Shown here one piece after another: positions 13,801-27,500 of a stretch of 64,000 nt of DNA. The notes below the pieces were generated by a model that had not been told where the DNA came from, did not search any database, and saw nothing but the letters and a program-made list of their open reading frames with translations. The first letter of the stretch is position 1. Every line of letters begins with the position of its first letter. A program made the translations under genes and the position numbers. The stretch covers positions 620,001-684,000 of the forward strand of contig NW_027251843.1 of NCBI RefSeq assembly GCF_044704955.1, given 5' to 3'. The stretch comes from Pristiophorus japonicus (lineage: Eukaryota).

Positions 13801-15556
13801 TAAGGTACAGACCAGGCACAGACAACTGTGCTGACGCGCTCAGCAGTCTACCCCTGGCAACCACGGAAGGGTCTGACGAACAGGACTGTGAGATAGTCAT
13901 GGCAATCAATTCCTTTGAATCCACAGGTTCGCCCATGACGGCTCACCAAATCAGAGCCTGGACGGCCAGCGACCCCACATTATCCTTAGTAAAAAGATGT
14001 GTCCTAACCGGTTACTAGGCAGAGGCTCGCGATGCCTGCCCCGAGGAATTAAAACCCTTTCACAGGCGCATGCATGAGCTGTCCCTACAAGCAGACTGCC
14101 TGATGTGGGGCAGCCGAGTAGTCATGCCTCTGCGATGCAGAGAGGCATTTGTCTGGGAGCTCCACCGCGAGCACCCGGGGATCGTTCTCATGAAGGCCAT
14201 AGCCAGATCCCACATCTGGTGGCTTGGTATTGACGCGGACTTGGAGCTCTGCGTCCGAAGGTGCAACATTTGTGCCCAACTCAGCAATGCCCCCAGGGAG
14301 GCTCCCCTGAGCCCCTGGCCTACCAAACCGTGGTCGCGGGTGCACGTAGACTATGTGGGCCCATTCATGGGCAAAATGTTCCTCGTAGTTGTAGATGCAT
14401 TTTCAAAGTTAATCGAATGCACCATTTTAAACTCGAGCACAACCTCCACCACTGTGGAGAGCCTCGCAACCATGTTTGCAACGTCCGGAATCCCTGACAT
14501 ATTGGTCAGTGACAATGGTCCGTGCTTCACCAGCGCAAAATTCCAAGATTTTATAATTGACCACGGCAAAAATCACGTCAAGACGGCACCGTTCAAGCCG
14601 GCCTCCAACAGCCAGGTGGAGAGAGCAGTGCAAATCATTAAACAAGGCATGCTTAAAATCCAAGATCCCACGCTGCAGGGTCACCTGTCGTGACTGCTGC
14701 TGGCATACAGATCTCGTCCGCACTCTGACTGGGATCCCCCCCGCGCAACTGTTGATGAAAAGGACTTTAAAAACAAGGCTCTCATTAATCCTTCCAGACA
14801 TGCACGAAATCATTGAGGCAAAGCGCCGTAAGCTGGCTGAGTACCATGACAGAAATTCGAGGGGGAGATGGAGTGAGATAGGGGACAAAGTGTTTGTACT
14901 AAACTATGGCAGAGGTCTCAAATGGCTTGCAGGGACAGTAACGTGTAAGGAAGGAAACAGGCTACTGGTAGTACAAATGGACAATGGCAAAACCTGCCGG
15001 AGGCATGTCAACCAAGTCAAAAGCAGATTTACCAACAACATTGCGGAACCAGAGGCAGACTACAATGTGGAACTCGCACCACACCTGGTGGACAGACAGA
15101 GAGAACAACTTGAGGAAAGGGCAATCCCAACAGACAGCCCAGGCGAGTCAACAACAATCACACCAATTGAAACAGACAGCCCAGGTGAGATACCAGCAAC
15201 CATACCCAAAGAAAAACAGACACCAAGGCAAACAACTGAACCACAACTCAGACGCTCCATGCGAGAGCGTAGACCACCTGAGAGACTGAACCTATAAAGA
15301 CAATAAGACCTTGGGGGAGGATGATGTCATGTATCTTACATTATTATATATAACTGTATCCTAACATGCTATACATGACTGTAATAAAATATGACCTGTA
15401 ACCACCAGGGGTGCACTTGCAAGAGACAGGTATATAAGGACAGGTCTCAGGCAAGTGCAGCATTCCAGAGCTGTGAAATAAAGGTGCAGGTCCAGAGTGA
15501 CCTTGACTTCACTACATGCCTCGTGTGAATCTGTACTGAGGGGACAGGACTTTACA
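10833..15556 (+). mobile_element. Full-length Gypsy/Ty3 (Mag-like) LTR retrotransposon, ORFs disabled
   Basis: LTRs 10833-11080 and 15325-15556 (TG..CA), TSD GGTTC/GGTAC, PBS TGGCGACGAG 11082-11091 (complementary to tRNA-Ser(GCT) 3' end), PPT near 15313. Gag with zinc knuckles, protease LDTG, RT FQDD, RNase H, integrase HHCC and D-D-E. Several stops and frameshifts. Confidence 0.97.
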
Positions 15557-15662
15557 GGTACTTAATGAATAATTTGAGTCGATCTTCAAAAAGAGGGGGA
15601 CCATGCCGACATTGAAGATAAGGAGGAAGAGAGAGAAATATTGGACGGGATAAACATAGTGA

Positions 15663-15860
15663 ACGCCAATGCCTCTAATGCTTCATTGCAGAATGTGCAG
15701 GCTCTCTCCCTGGGGCGTGGATCTGCCATGAGTACAGCTGCTTCTGTCCTCTGGCTCCTTGTCCTTGTCCTGCTCCTTGCTGAGGCAGCTGCACAGCAAG
15801 CAATGCTGAGAATGAGCTTCTGCAGCATCAGTCAGCCTCCCCTTTAAGAACTGGAACCAG
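15663..15860 (-). mobile_element. Harbinger Myb/SANT-like ORF N-terminal remnant
   Basis: Minus strand MADPRPRERACTFCNEALEAL resembles the start at 46171-46425 (REPAPRSSSAALEAL). Confidence 0.45.
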
Positions 15861-16119
15861 CCGGTGAAAATGATGACTGTCAATTAAACTGCAAGTGATA
15901 TTGGTCCACCTTTTGAGTGCAATGCCAATGAGCTTGGGCATAAAGACTTGAATTAGCACTCCAATCATTTCTTTGAGTGGTCAGCATGAATTTTGCATAC
16001 AGTCTAAAGCATAAGCACCTGGCGCTAATTCTCCAACTTTTCAAATGATACCGCCCATTCCTGGGTATAAATAATTTCTCACCCATTGTCTTTGTTCCCA
16101 CCACAAAATCCGTTCCCTA

Positions 16120-16900
16120 GCTACCAATTCCATCCCTCTCCCTTGCAACTGACTGAGCTGAACCAGAAAGTTTGCAACTTTGGTGTCATAGTTGACACGT
16201 GATGAGCTTCTGAACACATGCCATCACTAAGACCGCCTATTTGCACCTCTGTTACATCATCCGTCTCTGCCCCTGCCTCAACACATCCCCAGCTGAAACC
16301 CCCATCCATGCCTTTGTTACCTCTCGACTTGACTATTCCTGTGCTCTCCTGGCCGGCTTCCCACATTCTACTCTACGCAAACTTGATGTCATCCAAAGGG
16401 CTACTGCCCGTATTCTAATTCTCTCAAAGTGCCGTTCACCCACCGCCCCTGTACTCGCTGACCTACATTGGATACTTGTTAAGCATTGCCTGGATTTTAA
16501 AATTCTCATCCTGATCTTCAAATCCCTCCATAGCTTTGGCCCTCCCTATCTCTGTAATATCCCCTAGCCCTACCATCCTCGCAGATAGCCGTGCTCTTCC
16601 AATTCTGGCCTCTTGTGCACCTCCCATTATAAGGGCTCCACTATTGGTTGCCGTGCCTGAAGATGCTGAAGCCCTAGGCTCTGGAAATCCCGCCCTGTAC
16701 CTCTCCGCCTGGCTCCATCTCTTTCCTCCTTTAAGACTCTCGTTAAAACCTACCTCCTTGACTAAGCATTTGGCTATTGGCCCTAATATCTCCTTATGTG
16801 GCTCAGTGTCAAATGTTGTTTGATAACGCTCTTGTGAAGTGCCTTGTGTTGTTTTACTTTAAAGATGCTATATAAAGGTACGTTTTTGTTGTTGTATTTA
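16120..16900 (+). mobile_element. L2 LINE 3' fragment
   Basis: AET.IHAFVTSRLDY, PVLADLHW, FKILILIFKSLH, L2-type tail (GCTATATAAA..GTTGTTGT). Confidence 0.85.
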
Positions 16901-16904
16901 TAAT

Positions 16905-19330
16905 AAGAGTATAAGAAATAAAAATATCGAAAATAGGTGCAGGAGTAGGCCATTCGGCCCTTCGAGCCTGCACCACCATTTAATAAGATCATGGCTGATC
17001 ATTCACCTCAGTACCCCTTTCCTGCTTTCTCTTCATACCCCTTGATCACTTTAGCCATAAGGGCCATATCTAACTCCCTCTTGAATATATCCAATGAACT
17101 GGCATCAACAGCTCTCTGCAGTAGAGAATTCCACAGGTTAACAACTCTCTGAGTGAAGAAGATTCTCCTCATCTCAGTCCTAAATGGCTTACCCCTTATC
17201 CTTCGACTATGTCCCCTGGTTCTGGACTTCCCCAACATTGGGAACATTCTTCCCGCATCTAACCTGTCCAGTCCCGTCAGAATTTTATATGTTTCTATGA
17301 GATCCCCTCTCATCCTTCTAAACTCCAGTGAATACAGGCCCAGTCAATCCAGTCTCTCCTCATATGTCAGTCCTGCCATCCTGGGAATCAGTCTGGTGTA
17401 CCTTCGCTGCACTCCCTCAATAGCAAGAACATCCTTCCTCAGATTAGGAGACCAAAACTTACACAATATTCCAGGTGGGGCCTCACCAAAGCCCTGTACA
17501 ACTGCAGTAAGACCTCCCTGCTCCTGTACTCAAATCCCCTAGCTATGAAAGCCAACATACCATTTGCCTTCTACACCACCTGCTGTACCTGCATCCCAAC
17601 ATTCAATGACTGATGTAACATGACACCCAGGTCTCATTGTACCTCCCCTTTTCCTACTCTGCCGCCACACCATTCAGATAATATTCTGCCTTCGTGTTTT
17701 TGCCACCAAAGTGGATAACCTCACATTTATCCACATTATACTGCATCTGCCATGCATTTGCCCACTCACCTAACCTGTCCAAGTCCCCCTGCAGCCTTTT
17801 AGCACACTCCTCACAGCTCACACCACCACCCAGCTTAGTGTCATCTGCAAACTTGGAGATATTACACTCAATTCCCTCATCCAAATCATTAATATATATT
17901 GTGAATAGCTGGGGTCCCAGCACTGAGCCCTGCGGCACCCCACTAGTCACTACCTGCCATTATGGTGAGAAAGCAGGAATGGGGTACTGAAGTTGCATGT
18001 TCAGCCATGAACTCATTGAATGGCGGTGCAGGCTAGAAGGGCCGAATGGCCTACTCCTGCACCTATTTTCTATGTTTCTATGTTTCTATTCTGAAAAAGA
18101 CCCGTTTATCCCGACTCTCTGCTTCCTGTCTGCCAATAAGTTTTCTATCCAAGTCAGTACATTACCCCCAATACCATGTGCTTTAATTTTGCACACCAAT
18201 CTCTTGTTTGGGACCTTGTCAAAAGCCTTTTGAAAGTCCAAATACACCACATCCACTGGTTCTCCCTTGTCCACTCTACTACTTACTTCCTCAAAAAATT
18301 CTAGAAGATTTGTCAATCAGGATTTCCCTTTCATATATCCATGCTGACTTGGACTGATCCCATCACTGTTTTCCAAATATGCTGCTAATTCATCTTTAAT
18401 AATTGATTCCAACATTTCCCCACTACTGATGTCAGGCTAACCAGTCTATAATTACCCGTGTTCTATCTCCCTCCTTTCTTAAAAAATGGTATTATATTTA
18501 CTGCCCTCCAGTCCATGGAAACCGATCCAGAGTCGATAGACTGTTGGAAAATGATCACCAATGCATCCACTATTTCTAGGGCTACTTCCTTAATACTCTG
18601 GGATACAGACTGTCGGGCCCCGGGGACTTATCGGCCTTCAATCTCATCAATTTCCCGAACACAATTTCCCGTCTCATAAGGATTTCCTTCAGTTCCTCCT
18701 TCTCACTAGACCCTCAGTCCCCTAGTATTTCTGGAAGATTATTTGTGTCTTCCTTCGTGAAGACAGAACCAAAGTATTTGTTTAACTTGTCCGCCATTTC
18801 TTTGTTCCACATTATAATTCACCTGAATCTGACAGCAAGGGACCTATGTTCGTTTTCACTAATCTTCTTCTCTTCACATATCTAAAGAAGCTTTTGCAGT
18901 CAGTTTTTATGTTCCCAGCAAGCTTCCTCTCAGACTCTATTTTCCTCCTCCTAATTAAGCCCTTTGTCCTCCTCTGCTGTATTATAAAATTCTCCCAGTC
19001 CTCAGGTTTGTTGCTTTTTCTGACTAATTTATATGCCTCTTCCTTGGATTTAACACTGTCCTTAATTTCCCTTGTTAGCCACACTTGATCCACCTTCCCC
19101 CTTTTAATTTTTTACTCCAAACAGGGATGTACAATTGTTGAAGTTCATCCATGTGATCTTTAAATGTTTCCCATTGCCTATCCACCGTCAACCCTTTCAG
19201 TGTCACTCGCCAGTCTATTCTAGCCAATTCAAGTCTCATACCATCGAAGTTACCTTTCCTTAAGTTCAGGACCCGAGTCTCTGAATTAACTGTCTCACTC
19301 TCCATCGTGATAAAGAATTCTACCATAATA
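16905..19330 (-). mobile_element. CR1 LINE ORF2 (5'-truncated) with a nested ~130-bp inverted CR1 tail at about 17961-18087
   Basis: GVPQGSVLGP, FADDTKL, MRGDLIETYK..RTRGH, 3' tail. Confidence 0.93.
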
Positions 19331-19444
19331 GGAGCAGGAGCATGCTATTCAACCGATCGAGCCTGCTCTGCCACTAAAGAGGATCATGGCTGATCTTCTA
19401 CCTCAATTCCAACTTCCTGCACAATTCCTGTAAAGTCTTGTGAT

Positions 19445-19760
19445 AGAGACACTGCCTGGGGTTGCCCTGAATGCCTGAAATACTTGGTACACCTTTATAC
19501 ACTGAGCCACTCTCATAAACCCCTGTTAACACTGATACAGTCCAAGGACTCCCTGACTGTCTACTGTCCTCGGCATCCCTTTATACGCTGACTCACTCAG
19601 AGCTTAAATAGTGACCTCATTTGGGGACGTACTAAATGACTACTGTCCTTGACACCCCTTTAAACATTGTCCCAATCTCACAAAATCCTTTGATGCTGAA
19701 ACAGTCTGGGGACTACCTGAATGATACAATACTTGGTGCCCTTTTTACATATTGATCAAT
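19445..19760. repeat. Old diverged tandem array, about 4 copies of ~80-85 bp
   Basis: Recurring GA(T/A)ACAGTC..GG(G)ACT.CCTGA..TACTGTCCT.G.CACCCTTTA.AC(A)CTG frame. Confidence 0.55.
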
Positions 19761-19899
19761 GCAAATAATGAAAGTATTGGAGACCACATTTTGTACATTC
19801 CAAATACCACTGCCCTATCATGTTTGTCCGCTGACTTATTCCAGTTGCTAGTCCTCATAAAGTTAAAGGACTTCCTGGCCATTTGCTTGGAGCACTGTT

Positions 19900-21215
19900 A
19901 GAATCATAGGAACATAAGATAAGGACAACAGAAATAGCAGCAGGAGTAGGCCATACAGCCCCTCAAGCCTGCTCAACTGGTCTATAAGATCATGGCTGAA
20001 GTTGGACCTCAACTCCACCTTCCCGCGCTATCTATTTTTAGGCTGGATAGTTCTTGGTCGGCCGGCGCGGACATGATGGGCCGAAATGGCCTCCTTACAT
20101 CTATCAATCTCAACCTTGAATATACTCAATGACTGATCATCCATAGACCTCTAGGTAGAAAATTGCAACGTTTTATAACCCTCTGACTGAAGAAATTCCT
20201 GCTCCTCTCAGTCTTAAAGGGCCTACCCCTTATCCTGAGACTATGCCTCCTAATTCTAGACTCTCCAGCCAGGGAAACAACCTCTCAGCATCTATACTAT
20301 CAACCCCCCTCAGAATCTTAAGTGTTTCAATGAGATCACCACACATTGTTCTCAAGCTCAGAGAGTCTCGTCCCAATCTACTCAATCTCTCCTCACAGGA
20401 CAACCCACTCATCCCAGGAATCTATCTCCTGATTCTCATCAATCTGATGATACAAAGCTTGCTGGGAATGTAAGTTGTGAGGAGGATGCAAAGAGACTAC
20501 CAGGGGATATAGACAGACTATGTGAACAGGCAAGACATGGCGGAAGGAATATAATGTGGAGAAATGTGAAGTTATCCACTTTGGTAGGAAAAATAGAAAA
20601 GCAGAGTATGTTTTAAATGGTGAGATTGGGAATTGTTGGTGTTTTGAGGGATATGGCTGTCCTTGTACAACAATCACTGAAAGTTAATATACAGGGACAG
20701 CAAGTAATTAAGAAAGCACATGGTATGTTGGCCTTTATTACAAGAGGATTTGAGCATAAGAGTAAAGACGTCTTACTACAATTATATTAGGCCCTGGTGA
20801 ATCAGTTTTGTTCTCCTTATCTAAGGAAGGATATACTTGCCATTGAGGGAGTGCAACAAAGGTTCACTGGACTGATTCCTGGAATGTGGAGATTGTCCTA
20901 TGAGGAGAGATTGAGTAGACTGGGCTTATATTCTCTTGAGTTTGAATGAATGAGAGGTGATCTCATTGGAACATACAAAAGTCTGACAGGGCTTGACAGG
21001 GTAGATGCAGGGAGGATGTTTCCTCTGGCTGGGGAGTCGAGAACCAGGGGTCACAGTCTTAGAATAAGGGGTTGGCCATTTAGGACTGAGATGAGGAGAA
21101 ACTTCTTCACTCAGAGGGTGGTGAATCTCTGGAATTCTCTACCCAGAGGGCTGTGGAGGCTCAGTCTTTGAGTATATTCAGGACAGGATGGTGACAAATT
21201 TTTGGACAGCCAAAT
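19900..21215. mobile_element. CR1 3' fragments in opposite orientations (minus 19900-20425, plus 20435-21215)
   Basis: MRGDLI.TYK..RTRGHSLRI motifs and CR1 tails. Confidence 0.85.
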
Positions 21216-21217
21216 TT

Positions 21218-21805
21218 GAGAAGGTCACTCTATAATCCCTCATGGTTGACAGAGTCGAAGGCCTTTGTGAAGTCAAAGAAGGCCATGTACAGAGGTTGAT
21301 GCTGCTCCTTGCATCTCACTTGAAATTGATGTGTGGTGAGGACCATGTCTGTTGTGTCCCTTAGTGGGCACAATCCACATTGTGACTCTGGAAGGAGCTC
21401 TTCAGCCATTGGGAGGAGACGATTGAGGAGGATTCTTGCGATACTCTTTGCAGTGACAGACAGCAGGAAAACTCCTCTGTAATTACCGCAATCGGATTTG
21501 TCTGCTTTCTTGAAGATGATTATGATTATGGCGTCTCTGAGATCCCCAGGCATGCTCTCCTCCTTCCAGGTAAGAGAGATAAGGTCATGGATTTGCGTCA
21601 AGAGTACTTCTTCATCATGCTTTAGTACTTCGGCGAGGATTCCATCTGCTCCTGAGGCCTTGTTGTTCTTCAGTTGTCGGATGGCCTTTTCATCCTCATG
21701 CCAGGCTGGGATTGTGCTGAGGTGGAGGCGGGCAGCATGTTGTGGGATGCAGTCAAGGACACTCACGTCAAAGACACATCCTTGGTTGAGGAGATCCTCG
21801 AACCA
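21218..21805 (-). mobile_element. RTE-clade LINE RT fragment
   Basis: KNNKASGADGI.AE, DCGNYRG..LLS, LPESQCG, PLYMAFFDFTKAFDSV. Confidence 0.88.
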
Positions 21806-21883
21806 TTGTTGCAGCCCCTCTAAGGCAAGTATATCCTTCCTCAGTTACGGAGACCAAAACTGTACACAGTACTCCAGGTGTGG

Positions 21884-22867
21884 TGTAGGGCTTGAACCCA
21901 ATGTAAGGCCCAGGAAACCAAACTCTGTGATTAACCTTTTAAACATTCTGTATAAAATGCTTCAAACATGAAAGCTGTAAATACTGACTTCCTGTAATTG
22001 TAAGAAATCCTGGAGACTGCTGTTTAAAATGCTCAATGTTAATCTGTAGAGAAACCCCAACACAATAGGACTGTAAGAAACCTTTTGTGGAAATGTAAAA
22101 CCACACAAACTGTAACCAGAAGGGAAACCCCAACACAATGGAAAAAATATTAACTTTAATAAACCTTTTGTGGACATGTAAACACTGATAGCGACCAAAC
22201 CTTTGTAGAAATGTAAACACCAATACTGAGCACAGTGAGGTCCATGATAGCACTAGACTAGACTATAGGCCAGTTTCCAAAGTGCTAAATGTCTGCTCAC
22301 AGAAGATAGATCATCGATGGATCAAAGGAGGATTCGATGAGTGGCAGTAACCATGGAAACAACACCTGAGAAAAAGCAGGCACAAAACACACAGATGATG
22401 GAACAGCAGCCTACAGTAGTCAGAGAGGGGTGACGTGGTCAGTCATCAGAAGCTGTGCTCCATGAACCTGTCAGACCATCGGGTCGATCGTGAGTGCTCA
22501 GGGAAACTGAGGCAGAGGCTCAGCAAAGATGGGTGGGAACACGGCTGCTGTCAAAGAAGGGAGGCCCGGTCAGTCATCAGAAGACCCACATCACGGCACG
22601 TCAGCTGACCACAGGGACGGTCGTGAGCACGCAGGGAACTGAAGAACTGGTAACTATAACGTAGCGAATTAGCTCAAGGGACAGACTGATAGATGTAATG
22701 TTGTAACGGGTTGATCAGACTCAGTAAAGACTCCTCACTAAGTGGAAACTATATTATTGGTGTCTTGTCATTATTTTCCAGTGTCGAACTCTGAGAAGAA
22801 GCTGGTAGTGTTAACTAATTGTTCTTGGCTGCTACAAATTAATCCAGGACGAAACCATCATCCTACA
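21884..22867. mobile_element. Solo LTR (984 bp) inserted in a CR1 fragment
   Basis: TGTAGG...CCTACA termini and 4-bp TSD GTGG (21880-21883, 22868-22871). Removing it restores the CR1 sequence CCAGGTGTGGTCTCACC. Confidence 0.8.
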
Positions 22868-23199
22868 GTGGTCTCACCAAGGCCCTGTACAATTGCAGCA
22901 CATCTTCCTTACACTTGTCCTCCACCCACCTAGCAATAAATGCTAACTTATCATTGACCTTCCTAATTGTTCACTGTATCTGCATGTTGCATTGCTGCAT
23001 TTCATGTATAAGGACCCAAGTCCCCCTGACCAACAACATTTCATCGTTCCTCACCATTAAACAACAATTTGCATTTTCTATTTTTCCTACCAAAGTGAAT
23101 GACTTCACAATTCCCCCCAGCACTGCTCACTTTCACAATCGCACAAACTTGTCTATTACACCGACAGTGAAGCACAGACACTTCATTCCAAATCTAGCT

Positions 23200-23600
23200 A
23201 CGATGATATCAAAAAATCATCTTCCGGAATTCTGGGAAAGAAGGGCACGGATTTTGGAGATGACATCACGTTCAAAGACTTTGGACAGGAAAGGGAGGTT
23301 GGAGATGGGACGGTAGTTTGTAAGGATGGGGCGGGAAGGGAGGGATCAAGGGTCGGTTTTTTGAGGAGAGTGGTGAAAGCCACAGATTTCAAGTAGAGGA
23401 AAGTACCTGAGGTGAGAACCATTAACCACATCAGCTGACAAGTGAGCCAGAAAAGGAAGTTGGGTGGTCAGCTGTTTAGTGGGAATAGGGTCGAGGGAGC
23501 AGGAAGTGGTCACATGGTCAGGAAGTTGACGGAGAGGGCATGAGGGGAGATCGGAGAGAAATTGGAGAAAGATGTGAGTTCAGGGCTTGGCCAGGGGCAA
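23200..23600 (-). mobile_element. L2 LINE RT fragment
   Basis: LLKKPTLDPS....NYRPISNLPFLSK-type sequence on the minus strand. Confidence 0.7.
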
Positions 23601-23634
23601 TCCATTTAAAACATTTTGCCTCATGCACTGCTGG

Positions 23635-24021
23635 AGTGTGAGGTGGGAACAGATTGTGGATGGTCATAGATAGACAGTGAGAGCTGGGAACAGACTGTGG
23701 ATGGTCATAGATAGAGTGTGAGAGCTGGGAACAGACTGTGGATGGTCATAGATAGAGTGTGAGAGCTGGGAACAGAGCGTGGATGGTCATAGATAGACAG
23801 TGAGAGCTGGGAACAGAGCGTGGATGGACAGAGATAGACAGTGAGAGCTGGGAACAGAGTGTGGATGGTCATAGATAGAGTGTGAGAGCTGGGAACAGAG
23901 TGTGGATGGTCATAGATAGAGTGTGAGAGCTGGGAACAGAGTGTGGATGGTCATAGATAGACAGTGAGAGCTGGGAACAGACTGTGGATGGTCATAGATA
24001 GAGTGTGAGAGCTGGGAACAG
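23635..24021. repeat. Minisatellite, 41-bp unit (GAGAGCTGGGAACAGACTGTGGATGGTCATAGATAGAGTGT), about 9.5 copies
   Basis: GAGCTGGGAA recurs at 23681, 23722, 23763 and onward. Confidence 0.95.
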
Positions 24022-24124
24022 GCTTTTGACCGGACATATGTAGAGAGTGAAAGCACACAACCGTGGTTAGAACAGAACTTCGCAGGTGAAGGAGAATTTC
24101 TGGGTGACAAAAATAGTCAGCCTG

Positions 24125-24580
24125 AGATTTGGGAGGATTTCAGAATTCAGCAAAGGACGATCAGGGAATTGACCGAGACACAATAGAATGTGACAGTAAA
24201 CTAGCAAGGGACATACACGTGGATTATAAAAGCTTCTATAGTTCTAGAAAAACGAAGAGCTCAGCGAAAGTAAACGTGGGTCCCTTACAGGCAGAGACAG
24301 GAGAAATTATAATGGGGTATATGAACGTGGCAAGGATATTAAACAAATACATTGTATCTGCCTTCACAGAAAAAGATACAAAAAGCATCCTGGAAATAGT
24401 GGGGAAACAAGGGTCTAGTGAGAATGAAGAAATTAAAGCAATTAGTATTAGTAAAGGAGCAGTACTGGAGAAATTATTGAGAGTAAAATTCGATAAATCC
24501 CATATAGCTGATAGCCTAGATGCTAAGGTTTTAAAAGAGGTGGCTAAAGAGATACTGGATGCATTGGTCGTGATCTTCCA
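24125..24580 (+). mobile_element. CR1 ORF2 fragment
   Basis: KVNVGPLQAETGEIIMG, VLKEVAKEILDALVVIF. Confidence 0.85.
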
Positions 24581-27500
24581 TTATTGCTTTGCGCAAAAAT
24601 TCAGGCGCTTTACACCACACATTGCCGGCAAAAAGTGGGTCAAAGAGGGTGGCCTCTGCACTTTTGCCAGCGGGTGGTGGGTTCCACGGTGTTCTTCATT
24701 TTCCCAGGCCCTGCAGTGCTGCTGTTATGGAGTATCGCCCTTTAAAGTAAAATGGCGGAGTTGTGACGTCAGTCGGTGTGTAACACTGACCTTCACCATG
24801 GTGAACTTTGACCCGAGCACGGAGTTCAGTGCTGGATCCTAAACCACACCGGATAAACCCAGCGTGTAAGCAGACTCACAGAAGCATTGACCGTACCACT
24901 TAAAGGGATGCACACATCATTCAGGCAAGTTTGGATTTAAGCTTTTCGATTGGGTATTTTATTGAAGTATTTGCTTGCTGCAATAGATGTAAAACGTTTT
25001 TCAGTGTGTAGGGAATGATGCTGGACATTTGCAAGGCCTCAGATGGCAAAGGAAGGCCTCTGGGAAGACAGAAAATGCTGGAAATACTCAGCAGATCAGG
25101 CAGTATCTGTGGACGGTGAATTTTGCCGTTCGACGAGGCACCGACCGCCCGGCGTTAGAATCAGCGCTCAGCCCGTGTCACCACCTCAAACATGGCGGGA
25201 CACATTTTGGCTCTTCCAACCGCCACATGGAGCTCGCGGCTGGCTGCTCAGGGTCAAAGGTTATCCACTCGCCCGCCACCATGGTCGGTGACACCCCTCC
25301 GCAAACCCAACACTCGTGCTCAGCACGTGTACAATGGGAGCCATGCTGCCTCCAGCAACCTCATCGAGCAGACTATCGACAGGGGGGAGGGTGGAACACG
25401 CCTCCACTGCCGTAACTGCTCAGGAGGTGCCCTGTAGGACCCCCCTGATCGAGGATCCCGTTTCCTCATCGTGTGCTGCATGCTGCACAACATGCTCATT
25501 CAGAGGGCCCAGACATTGTCCTCGGGGATTGCAGGGCCACCTCAGGGGGACGGAGAGGGAGTGGGGGGTGAGGGGGAAAGTGAGGAGGGGGAGGAGGAGG
25601 AGGAGGCGGAGGAGTTGGAGGAGGAGTGTGAGGAGGAGAGTGAGGAGGGGGAAGGTGAGGAGGGGGAGGAGGGGGAGGGTGAGGAGGGGGAGGAGGAGGA
25701 GGGTGAGGAGGGGGAGGAAGAGGAGGGTGTGGATGAGGAGGAGGGTGCAGAGGGGGAGGTTGTGGAGGTGGGCAGCAGCCACGGAGGAGGGCCGAGCCAA
25801 TGTGGGGTGTGTGAGGGCCGTGTGTGACCCTCATTGTGCAGAGGTTCCAGTAAACCAGAGATCAGATGGCGATTGCGCTGCACCAACAAAGGGCGATGGG
25901 CACAGCACAGACCCGATCACCCTGCACATGGCCAATGGAACACAGCACAGAAACTCAACCTCAAATTACCCATTGATTAAACCCCCAACATCAACCAGAA
26001 CTCCCCACAACCAACAACAACATCTTTACAAAGAACCATTTGATACTCAACACTGAGAAAGCCCAACTAGCAGCAAGAATATATTGACAACTTACTGAGC
26101 TGACGATGCCATCAAAACTGTCCCACTGGCTTTTCTGTAAATATTCCGCTCGTGCTCCCTTCTCCCCCTCCCAATCATACTGCTCCTCCTCAATGGGGTC
26201 CCAGTGCCTGCAGCAAGGCTGCTGGGAGGCTGCTTAGTCTGCCACGCAGAGACTGCAGATGGCCTAGCAGGAGACCCTGGACCAGCTCTGGGCCTGGAAG
26301 GCCCGGCTGCAGACTGCACCACCTCATCCTGGGTGGCAGCAGTCTCGGATGGCTGGGTTGCAGACATTGCCAACTGCAATGGTGAAGTGGCAGTGGTGGG
26401 AGCCGGAATGCTGTTGTCCTGAGAGAAGGCAGCACCTTCCATTTCTACCCACCCACTGCCACTCCCCCAGGGCAGTGCCTCAGCATCCGGACCAATCTCA
26501 TCGAGCACAGATTGCTGGCCTGCTTCGGCACCGTGACCTCCCCGTTGGACTGCGGGGAACCTAGAAACGATGGCAACAGTCAGCGCTTGCATGGCATCGA
26601 TCTGAGCGTGCACGGGAGCAGACCGAGCGTGCATGGGAGTGGATCGACCGTGCACAGGAACAGAGCGAGCGTGCACGGAGCAGACCGAGTGTGCACGAGA
26701 GTGGATCGAATGTGCATGGGAGTGGATCGAGTGTGCACGGGAACAGACCGAGCGAGCACGGGAGCAGACTGAGCGTGCATGAGAGCAGACCGACGTGCAC
26801 GAGAGGGGACCAGTCTGTATGCCACCAAGCACTGAGCCCATTACAGCAGTAAGCCGTTGCGTTGCTCCGGCCTGTGCTGCAATAGCTGCTGCTCCCTCCC
26901 CCATGACACGTGGCGGGAGCTCTGGGTCCCCACTCTCTCTCTGCGAGCCCACCATGCGTTGCAAGCTGCCAAGGATGGACTGGAAGGTGTGCTGGGAGAC
27001 ACGGGCAATGCTGGAGGCCGACTCCTCCAAACCCCCATCAAGGGCACCCTAGCTCTGGGGCACCCTGGATCTGGGGCACCCTGGCTCTGGGGCACCCTGG
27101 CTCTGGTGCACCCTGGCTCTGGGGCACTGGTGCTGGGGCACTCTGGCTCTGGGGCATCCTCGCTCTGGGGTACCCTCGCCCTTGGGCACCCTGGCTCTGG
27201 GGCACCCTGGCTCAGGGGCACCCTGGTTCTGGGGCACCCTGGCTCTGGGGCACCATTGCCATTGCACCCAGAAGCTCGCTGTGCATGGCCCGCTGACCAT
27301 CTGCCCAAAGCCTCCACATCGAGGTCCACATCCGAGTGGTACTGAGCAGAACTGGGGCGTGAAGTGTCCCCCTGGGGAGCAGGTCCGCGAGCTTTCCTTG
27401 CCCCGTGACGTTGCTGCAGCTGCTGGGTCCCAGAACATCACCCTCCACCAACCCCAGGAACATTGCCTCCTCAGGTGACGTGGTCTCGCCAGAGCTGGGG

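Noticed and set aside
15641-15847. ORF with a signal-peptide-like stretch (VLWLLVLVLLLAEAAA)
   Set aside because: It is antisense to a Harbinger Myb-like ORF start and fused to CR1 sequence. No downstream exon is supported.
19759-19766. Perfect octamer ATGCAAAT
   Set aside because: About two copies are expected by chance in 64 kb, and no leader or V exon is adjacent.
25316-26056. Protamine-like Arg-rich and Glu-rich ORFs
   Set aside because: Alternative frames of a (GAG)n low-complexity expansion at a Harbinger transposase C-terminus.
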